5,959 bases of DNA from a virus, in IMG/VR virus record IMGVR_UViG_3300045988_005395, positions 1-5,959 of that record. One strand, given 5' to 3'. The translations under genes were made by a program, and so were the position numbers. The notes beneath the pieces were generated by a model that saw nothing but the letters and a program-made list of their open reading frames with translations, had not been told where the DNA came from and made no database searches. Of the stretch, positions 1-5,204 are shown one piece after another. Within the stretch, counting starts at the first letter, position 1. Each line of letters starts with the position of its first letter.

Positions 1-141
1 CTTTTTTTTTTTTATACTGAAAACAGTTAAACAGCACAAAAGTGCTTTTTTACAAAACCATTTATACAAAATAATTTTTAGGAGGTATGTGCTCTGACTC
101 TCAAGGAAATTGACGCGCTGTTTAACAACATCCGCAAAATC
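1..141. repeat. Terminal redundancy, copy A. Identical to 5819..5959, so this is a circular genome linearised with overlap (unit length 5,818 nt)
   Basis: Base-by-base reading shows C + T12 + ATACTGAAAACAG...CCGCAAAATC at both ends. The offset is 5,818 nt, which fits the Microviridae genome size range. Confidence 0.96.
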
Positions 142-201
142 TTAGCCATGCTGGATAAGATTTACCACGCAGTAGAAGGCAACAAACCCCAGGAGTAAAC
201 A

Positions 202-429
202 ATGAAAGAAAAAGCATGGAACGTAAGAGACCAGACCGATATGAACCTCATGCAGGAACTGACACGAACCTACAAGGAAATAGACAACGCGTACAAACTG
301 CTACGACAGGCCGCAAAGTACGACGACGCAAAATTCTACCTTGACATGGTGTTCAGAAAAAAAGCGAAAGCAAAGGAAATCGAGGTAGAAATCCTCAGAA
401 GGGAAGTAAACCATGGGAAAGAGGAATAA
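202..429 (+). CDS. Hypothetical 75-aa protein, predicted helical and charged; function unknown
   Basis: ATG at 202 is preceded by AGGAG (191..195) at 6-nt spacing. It is on the same strand as all core genes, and its 3' end overlaps the next ORF by 17 nt. I recognise no family motif. Confidence 0.6.
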   Translation: MKEKAWNVRDQTDMNLMQELTRTYKEIDNAYKLLRQAAKYDDAKFYLDMVFRKKAKAKEIEVEILRREVNHGKEE

Positions 430-532
430 AGTCCGCAAGTCCAAAGACGCAAAAATCTACAACAAGACCGCACGAAAAACCAAAGCAATCAACCTTGGCA
501 GCGGCGCAATGCGAGGAGGCATTAGATTATGA
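413..532 (+). CDS. 39-aa highly basic peptide, a putative DNA-binding/packaging protein (phiX174 J / gokushovirus ORF8-VP8 analogue). Not in the supplied ORF track
   Basis: Hand translation gives MGKRNKVRKSKDAKIYNKTARKTKAINLGSGAMRGGIRL, with 13 K/R and 1 acidic residue in 39. The C-terminal MRGGIRL matches, from memory, the conserved end of small basic microvirus proteins. Its TGA (530..532) overlaps the next ATG (529..531) as ATGA. Confidence 0.7.
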   Translation: MGKRNKVRKSKDAKIYNKTARKTKAINLGSGAMRGGIRL

Positions 533-768
533 TTAACGTTTATGGTATCTACGACCAGTGTGCTATGTGCTACATCACCACCATTAACGAGCGCGAGGAT
601 AAAGTCGCCGAGCGTAATTTTAAAATTGCACTCACAGACGAAAACAACATCATGAGCAAGACGCCGAGCGACTACAGACTGGTCAAACTCGCAAAGTTTG
701 ACGAACGCGACGGCACGTTTGAAAATGAAAAGGAGAACATTTACGATGGCATTTCGCTCAGTAAGTAA
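529..768 (+). CDS. Hypothetical 79-aa protein, possibly a conserved small non-structural microvirus protein
   Basis: ATG at 529 is preceded by GAGGAGG (513..519) at 9-nt spacing and has an ATGA overlap with the upstream ORF. The pattern VYGIYD...DYRLVKLAKFDERDG resembles small ORFs I recall in gokushovirus-like genomes. This is unverified. Confidence 0.65.
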   Translation: MINVYGIYDQCAMCYITTINEREDKVAERNFKIALTDENNIMSKTPSDYRLVKLAKFDERDGTFENEKENIYDGISLSK

Positions 769-1255
769 CTTCCGAGAGACGACGACGGCATGGCCAACTG
801 AGGCCGGAGAAAGCGTAAGACGAACATACCTTTGGGAGCGCAACGAAAAGGGCGAAAAGGTGCTGAAGCTCGACCAAACCATTGACCAGCAAGCTGAAAT
901 CGATAGCTATCTCGAAGAAACCAAAATCGAAAACATCATCCGCCGAGCAAGCATCGACCCGAGCATTGCAGAGCGAATCGCACCGGAATTGGGCGGCGAC
1001 ATCCAAGACTTTACCGAGGTACCACACACGCTAGCAGAACTCCAAAACATCATGATTCGAGCCGAGCAGATTTGGGATGAAGTGCCAAAAGAAATCAAGC
1101 TCAAATTTGACAACGACGTGGACAAGTTTATCGCAAGCTTCGGAAGCATCGAATGGGCGGAAAATTTAGGCATTATGACGAAGAACACCCCTGAAACAGA
1201 ACCGGATGAAAAGGTAGAGACTAGCAAAATGACGAAAACCGAGGTGAAAGAATGA
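746..1255 (+). CDS. VP3: Internal scaffolding protein VP3 (Chlamydia-phage Chp2 scaffold family). The start is uncertain (TTG 698, ATG 725 or ATG 746)
   Basis: The ORF is open from 698, where the track start is TTG. ATG 746 has AAGGAG (730..735) upstream. The block ETKIENIIRRA...DFTEVPHTLAELQNIMIRAEQIWDEVPKEIKLKFDNDVDKFI matches the remembered VP3 signature (D-x-T-x-x-P...LP-x-x-[IV]-[RK]-x-x-F-x-N-[DP]...F). The stop overlaps the VP1 start (ATGA at 1252..1255). Confidence 0.8.
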   Translation: MAFRSVSNFRETTTAWPTEAGESVRRTYLWERNEKGEKVLKLDQTIDQQAEIDSYLEETKIENIIRRASIDPSIAERIAPELGGDIQDFTEVPHTLAELQNIMIRAEQIWDEVPKEIKLKFDNDVDKFIASFGSIEWAENLGIMTKNTPETEPDEKVETSKMTKTEVKE

Positions 1256-2952
1256 ACAGAAACAAAGATGCGGGATTTAACCAAGTTCCGCGACTGGACA
1301 TCACGCGAAGCCGCTTTAAAAGGCGTCAAGACGTCAAATTGACAATGAACGCAGGAGAACTTATTCCATTTTACGTAGATGAGGTGCTACCGGGCGACAC
1401 CTTCAGCGTTGACCAGGCAGCCATTATCCGTATGACAACGCCCATCTTTCCCGTGATGGATAACTGTTACATGGACATCTATTACTTTTTCACACCGAAC
1501 CGGATTCTGTGGAAAAACTGGAAGCGGTTTATGGGCGAAAACGACACCGGGCCGTGGGTACAAAAACAAGAATACACAATCCCGCAAATCAAAATCCAAG
1601 CAAGCACCAGCAGCAATGCATTACCGCTGGAAGGAAGCCTCATGGATTACATGGGAATCCCGACAAAAGTATGCAAGGATAAAAATACAGAATTTGAAGT
1701 AAACGCACTGCCATTCCGGGCTTACGCAATGATATGGCAGGAGTGGTTCAGAGACCAAAATGTAGATAACCCAGCTATAAACAGCATCGAAGACGCAACA
1801 GTAACCTACGCAGACGGCAACAATAAAAAAGACCTTGAAAAATGCCTGCAGGAAGCATATCGAGGCGGCAGACCATTACCGGTAAACAAGTTTCATGACT
1901 ACTTTACAAGCGCACTGCCAAGTCCGCAGAAAGCAGGAGAACCAGTAACCATTCCGCTAACCGGAAGTGCACCGCTAGGAATGTACAATCCGTCAACAGG
2001 AAAAGTAACAATCAACAGCGCCGAAATGAAAGCTATAGCAAAAGATGCAGGACTGTTAAGCACAGGCAGCACCTTTAACGCCGCAGATTGGGACGTCGGA
2101 GACGGGCCAGTTGCAAACAAAGGACTGGCAGTAGGAAAAAATACACTGTCCGTATACAGTGGAGTGACCATAGGAGCAGACCTCTCAATGGTCAACGCAA
2201 CCACTATCAACCAGCTGCGGCAGGCATTCCAAGTTCAAAAGTACTATGAGCAACTCGCACGCGGCGGCAGCAGATACCGAGAGATGATTTATTCGCTGTT
2301 CCACACCAAAATCAGCGATAAAACGGTGCAAATCCCGGAGTATCTGGGCGGTACGCGAATCACCATCAACATGAGTCAAGTCATCCAGACCAGCGGCACG
2401 ACAGCAGAAAGTCCGCAGGGCAACACAGGAGCAGTAAGTGTTACACCGTACAACGGTAGCATGTTTACAAAAAGCTTCGAAGAACACGGCTTTGTTATCG
2501 GCGTATGTTGCATCCGACATGACCATACTTACCAGCAAGGTCTCGAACGAATGTGGAGTCGTAAAAACAACCTGGACTTTTACTACCCTGTATTTGCAAA
2601 TCTGGGCGAACAGGCCATCCTGAAAAAAGAACTGTATCTTACTGGTACGAGCACCGATGAACAGGCATTTGGATACCAAGAAGCATGGGCGGAATACCGG
2701 ATGAAGCCGAACAGAATCAGCGGCAAATTCCGCAGCAACGCAACGGGAACACTGGACAGTTGGCACTACGGTGACAACTACAAGGAAACCCCAAGCTTAA
2801 GTCAAGCATGGATGAAAGAGGGAGACTCTGAAATCCAGAGAACTCTCGCAGTGGACAATGAACCGCAATTTATCATGGACACAATCATTGACAACACCAG
2901 CGTAAGACCAATGCCCATGTACAGCATTCCGGGTCTCGTCGACCATCACTAA
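1252..2952 (+). CDS. VP1: Major capsid protein VP1 (Microviridae F-protein family), 566 aa
   Basis: The N-terminal block FNQVPRLDITRSRFKRRQDVKLTMNAGELIPFYVDEVLPGDTF...TPIFPVMDN...FFTPNRILWKNWKRFMGE is present. The internal blocks HDYFTSALPSPQK and TINQLRQAFQVQKYYEQLARGGSRY are classic gokushovirus VP1 motifs. GAGGTGA at 1237..1243 serves as the RBS. Confidence 0.95.
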   Translation: MNRNKDAGFNQVPRLDITRSRFKRRQDVKLTMNAGELIPFYVDEVLPGDTFSVDQAAIIRMTTPIFPVMDNCYMDIYYFFTPNRILWKNWKRFMGENDTGPWVQKQEYTIPQIKIQASTSSNALPLEGSLMDYMGIPTKVCKDKNTEFEVNALPFRAYAMIWQEWFRDQNVDNPAINSIEDATVTYADGNNKKDLEKCLQEAYRGGRPLPVNKFHDYFTSALPSPQKAGEPVTIPLTGSAPLGMYNPSTGKVTINSAEMKAIAKDAGLLSTGSTFNAADWDVGDGPVANKGLAVGKNTLSVYSGVTIGADLSMVNATTINQLRQAFQVQKYYEQLARGGSRYREMIYSLFHTKISDKTVQIPEYLGGTRITINMSQVIQTSGTTAESPQGNTGAVSVTPYNGSMFTKSFEEHGFVIGVCCIRHDHTYQQGLERMWSRKNNLDFYYPVFANLGEQAILKKELYLTGTSTDEQAFGYQEAWAEYRMKPNRISGKFRSNATGTLDSWHYGDNYKETPSLSQAWMKEGDSEIQRTLAVDNEPQFIMDTIIDNTSVRPMPMYSIPGLVDHH

Positions 2953-2968
2953 AAACGAAAGGGGGAAA

Positions 2969-2997
2969 GCCCGGGGCAAAACCCCGGGCATATTTTT
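2969..2997 (+). terminator. GC-rich hairpin plus T-run between VP1 and VP2, a partial intrinsic terminator or mRNA stabiliser
   Basis: GCCCGGGG (2969..2976) pairs perfectly with CCCCGGGC (2982..2989) around the loop CAAAA. ATATTTTT follows and runs directly into the VP2 ATG at 2998. Confidence 0.65.
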
Positions 2998-3876
2998 ATG
3001 GGAGCATTAGCAACATTCGGACTCGGGCTACTCAAATCAGCATTACCAAGCCTAGTGGGAGCAGCAGCAAATAAACTGTTTGGAACAAGCTCAGGTTACG
3101 GACAGCAATCACAAGCAAACAGTCAGAGCAGCGGTTCAAGCTGGTCACAAGGCTCAAGCGACAGTGCAAGTTTCAGCAACGGCGGAACAAACGACGAGAT
3201 AAACAAAAACATTGCAGCACTAGCAAACCAGCTAAGCCAAGCAAGCATGGCCGGACAACAAAAATACAATCGCAACTCAATGCTAATGCAGATGGGGTAC
3301 AACACCTTATCGGCAATCCAGCAGGGTGTATACAATCACATCGAGCAGCAAACAGCCATGAGCTATAACAGCGCCGAAGCCGCAAAAAACAGAGCTTGGC
3401 AAGAGCAAATGAGTAACACAGCATACCAAAGAGCCGTCGAAGATATGCGAAAAGCAGGTATCAATCCTATCTTAGCATACACACAAGGCGGCGCAAGCAC
3501 TCCAAGCGGAGCACAAGGAACAATAGGCAGCGCAAGTATGGGCATGGCATCCAGCAGCGCACTGGGAGCAACAGCATTACCGGGCATCAAACAGGATGGC
3601 AGCTGGAGCAGTCATAGCGAAGCATGGAGTCACGCAGAAAACGCAGCACAGAGCATCCAGCAAGCTATCATGTCGAGCAGCTCAAACCCGGTAAGACTCA
3701 AAGGGGACATGGAGGACATAGCTGAAACAGCAGTGGAAAACGCGGCCAAACTGAAAGAAAAGTTCGCGGCCTTACCCGTAGCAGACAAAGCAAAGAAAGA
3801 GCTTGCGGGACAGTTCGAACAGGCAAGAAGGTACTTGCCCACAGGGTACATGAGTGTAAATCCAAGAGGTAAATAA
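2998..3876 (+). CDS. VP2: Minor capsid / DNA pilot protein VP2, 292 aa
   Basis: The N-terminus is hydrophobic and Gly/Ala-rich ([29 protein letters not shown]), followed by a Ser/Gln-rich linker. The block [29 protein letters not shown] matches the motif I recall as the hallmark of microvirus VP2 proteins. Confidence 0.88.
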   Translation: MGALATFGLGLLKSALPSLVGAAANKLFGTSSGYGQQSQANSQSSGSSWSQGSSDSASFSNGGTNDEINKNIAALANQLSQASMAGQQKYNRNSMLMQMGYNTLSAIQQGVYNHIEQQTAMSYNSAEAAKNRAWQEQMSNTAYQRAVEDMRKAGINPILAYTQGGASTPSGAQGTIGSASMGMASSSALGATALPGIKQDGSWSSHSEAWSHAENAAQSIQQAIMSSSSNPVRLKGDMEDIAETAVENAAKLKEKFAALPVADKAKKELAGQFEQARRYLPTGYMSVNPRGK

Positions 3877-4896
3877 ATGGGATGTAATAAACCGTTAATC
3901 CGGTTTTATGTACCTCATGACAGAGAGGCGAGTGGGCGAGTGTACTCACTCGCCTCTTTTAACGAGATACACAAGACCAAAATGACTTACGAAAATTTAA
4001 TGTACAGAAAAGATGTAATGTTGATACCATGCGGACAGTGTACCGGGTGCAGACTGCGCAAACGGAAAGATTGGAGCACACGAATGGAGCTAGAAGCATA
4101 TGGTCACGACAAAGAAAGCATCTGGTTTATAACGCTGACTTATGACGATGACCACGTACCAACACAGGACACGGAGACAGGCGAAATCTATAAAGGCGGC
4201 ATAAACATCTGGAAAGGCGTCTCAGAGCGTCCAAGAACGGCGCAAACGCTGAGCGTAGAAGATACCCAACTATTCATGAAAAGGCTCAGAAAGGCCATCA
4301 AAGAGCCTCTGAGATACTTTTTAGCGGGAGAGTACGGAGACAACACAGCGAGACCACACTATCACATGATACTATATGGATGGCATCCAGACGACTTAAA
4401 ACCAATCCACAAATTGTCAAGACACGGTCATTATACAAGTGATAAGTTGGTCAAAATCTGGGGACAAGGTACTGTGGACATAGCACAGGCAACACCGGAA
4501 ACATATAACTATGTTGCAGGGTATGTAACCAAAAAACTGTACGGCAACGACAAAAAGCGTTACCAAAAAATGGGTTTAGTACCACCATTTTGTACCATGA
4601 GCCGTAAGCCGGGACTCGGAGACAAGTGGTTTGAGGACAACCAAACACGACTCTGGCAGCAAGGGTACATACAGCTTACCAACGGCAAGAGAGCAGCCAT
4701 ACCAGAATACTATTGGAGAAAACTGGAAGCTGAAAACCCTGAAAAAGCATGGAGAATCAAGAAGTATCGGCAAGAGAAAGCTATCGCGTCCTTAATCGAA
4801 AGAAACGCGGAAACTGATAAACCATACGCAGAACAGTTAAAAGACAAAGAAACATCCATGTCGAAGAAGATGAGCAAAGCCAAAGGTGTATTTTGA
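3877..4896 (+). CDS. VP4: Replication initiation protein VP4 (HUH rolling-circle endonuclease, phiX174 gpA-like), 339 aa
   Basis: The N-terminus shows MGCNKPL and CGQCTGCRLRKRKDW. Motif 1 is FITLTYDD (from 4126). The HUH motif is PHYHMILYG, with H-Y-H at 4357..4365. The catalytic Y-x-x-x-Y-x-x-K-K is YVAGYVTKK (Tyr codons at 4510..4512 and 4522..4524). The ATG directly follows the VP2 TAA, with AGAGG at 3865..3869. Confidence 0.95.
   Translation: MGCNKPLIRFYVPHDREASGRVYSLASFNEIHKTKMTYENLMYRKDVMLIPCGQCTGCRLRKRKDWSTRMELEAYGHDKESIWFITLTYDDDHVPTQDTETGEIYKGGINIWKGVSERPRTAQTLSVEDTQLFMKRLRKAIKEPLRYFLAGEYGDNTARPHYHMILYGWHPDDLKPIHKLSRHGHYTSDKLVKIWGQGTVDIAQATPETYNYVAGYVTKKLYGNDKKRYQKMGLVPPFCTMSRKPGLGDKWFEDNQTRLWQQGYIQLTNGKRAAIPEYYWRKLEAENPEKAWRIKKYRQEKAIASLIERNAETDKPYAEQLKDKETSMSKKMSKAKGVF
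3924..3957 (+). other. Strong stem-loop with two alternative 5' arms inside the 5' end of VP4
   Basis: AGAGGCGAGTG (3924..3934) and the shorter GGCGAGTG (3935..3942) are both perfectly complementary to CACTCGCCTCT (3947..3957). TTTT follows at 3957..3960. Confidence 0.8.
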
Positions 4897-4907
4897 CACT
4901 TTGGTGT

Positions 4908-4956
4908 CACTCAGCCAAGTAACTATCAAGTAAGCTACTTGGCTGAGTGTTTTATT
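4908..4956 (+). terminator. Intrinsic terminator ending the main (structural plus Rep) transcription unit
   Basis: A perfect 14-bp stem pairs CACTCAGCCAAGTA (4908..4921) with TACTTGGCTGAGTG (4936..4949) around a 14-nt loop. TTTTATT follows at 4950..4956. It lies 12 nt after the VP4 stop. Confidence 0.8.
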
Positions 4957-4966
4957 GATTTGTTAA

Positions 4967-5008
4967 ATGCACACGCACGCGCACGTAATCGCGCACGCGC
5001 ACGTGCAT
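4967..5008. repeat. Two alternating purine-pyrimidine GC-rich tracts containing a 12-nt direct repeat
   Basis: ATGCACACGCACGCGCACGT (4967..4986) and CGCGCACGCGCACGTGCAT (4990..5008) alternate Pu/Py without interruption. GCACGCGCACGT occurs at 4975..4986 and 4993..5004. Confidence 0.9.
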
Positions 5009-5053
5009 TATATTATTATTATTATTATTAACTTGTTGTAGTAGTAGTAGTAG
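5007..5053. repeat. 47-nt tract in one continuous 3-nt register: pure A/T tract with (ATT)6, then AAC TTG TTG, then (TAG)5
   Basis: 5007..5031 contains no G or C. ATT x6 lies at 5012..5029 and TAG x5 at 5039..5053, in the same register. Confidence 0.95.
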
Positions 5054-5131
5054 GGAGTGTTGAAATGTTGAAAACTATGAATTTTTATCCTTGGAACGAT
5101 ATTTTTTGGTTAATTTTAATGTTGATACTTT

Positions 5132-5140
5132 TGTGGATAA
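5132..5140 (+). promoter_or_regulatory. Perfect consensus DnaA box (TGTGGATAA, the reverse complement of TTATCCACA)
   Basis: A 9/9 match to the E. coli / B. subtilis high-affinity DnaA box, read directly from the sequence. Confidence 0.8.
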
Positions 5141-5195
5141 CTTGTTGAATTGTTGAAAGTGTAGCAATATGCACAAAAACCTTTGTGCAACATTT

Positions 5196-5204
5196 TGTGG
5201 AAAA
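5196..5204 (+). promoter_or_regulatory. DnaA box variant (TGTGGAAAA, the reverse complement of TTTTCCACA)
   Basis: It matches 8/9 to the strict consensus and fits the relaxed consensus TTWTNCACA. It sits in a 21-nt unit (5193..5213) that is 19/21 identical to 5129..5149. Confidence 0.7.

Noticed and set aside
33-51. Small hairpin AGCAC-AAAA-GTGCT followed by T-run in the main-operon leader, considered as an attenuator or terminator
   Set aside because: The stem is only 5 bp with predicted marginal stability. It could equally be incidental in A/T-rich leader sequence. It is not strong enough to call.
2438-2623. + strand 61-aa ORF nested out of frame in VP1, considered as a phiX174 E-like embedded lysis gene
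   Set aside because: No hydrophobic transmembrane segment is present and no RBS is seen upstream. The composition looks like an off-frame artefact.
4403-4411. Additional DnaA-box-like 9-mer CAATCCACA (7/9) inside VP4
   Set aside because: It is a single isolated site within coding sequence, in the opposite orientation to the intergenic array. Such a match is expected by chance at this stringency.
457-4910. Minus-strand ORFs in the track (457..882, 758..1027, 907..1329, 1387..1599, 1899..2210, 2185..2766, 2797..2991, 3123..3335, 3173..3424, 3363..3590, 3630..3851, 3698..3949, 4451..4648, 4576..4773, 4710..4910)
   Set aside because: All lie antisense to well-supported + strand microvirus genes. 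Their products are low-complexity and Cys/Ser/Leu-rich, typical of shadow frames. They lack recognisable RBSs. Microviridae transcribe a single strand.
4941-4968. dif-like XerC/XerD site. ATTTGTTAAAT (4958..4968) matches 9/11 of the E. coli XerD arm TTATGTTAAAT, which is relevant because some microviruses integrate at dif
   Set aside because: The corresponding XerC arm (4941..4951) matches only 2/11 and lacks the inner CATAA half-palindrome. This segment is also the 3' arm and T-run of the terminator. Likewise, TAGAATATAAT at 5375..5385 resembles part of B. subtilis dif but has no XerD arm.
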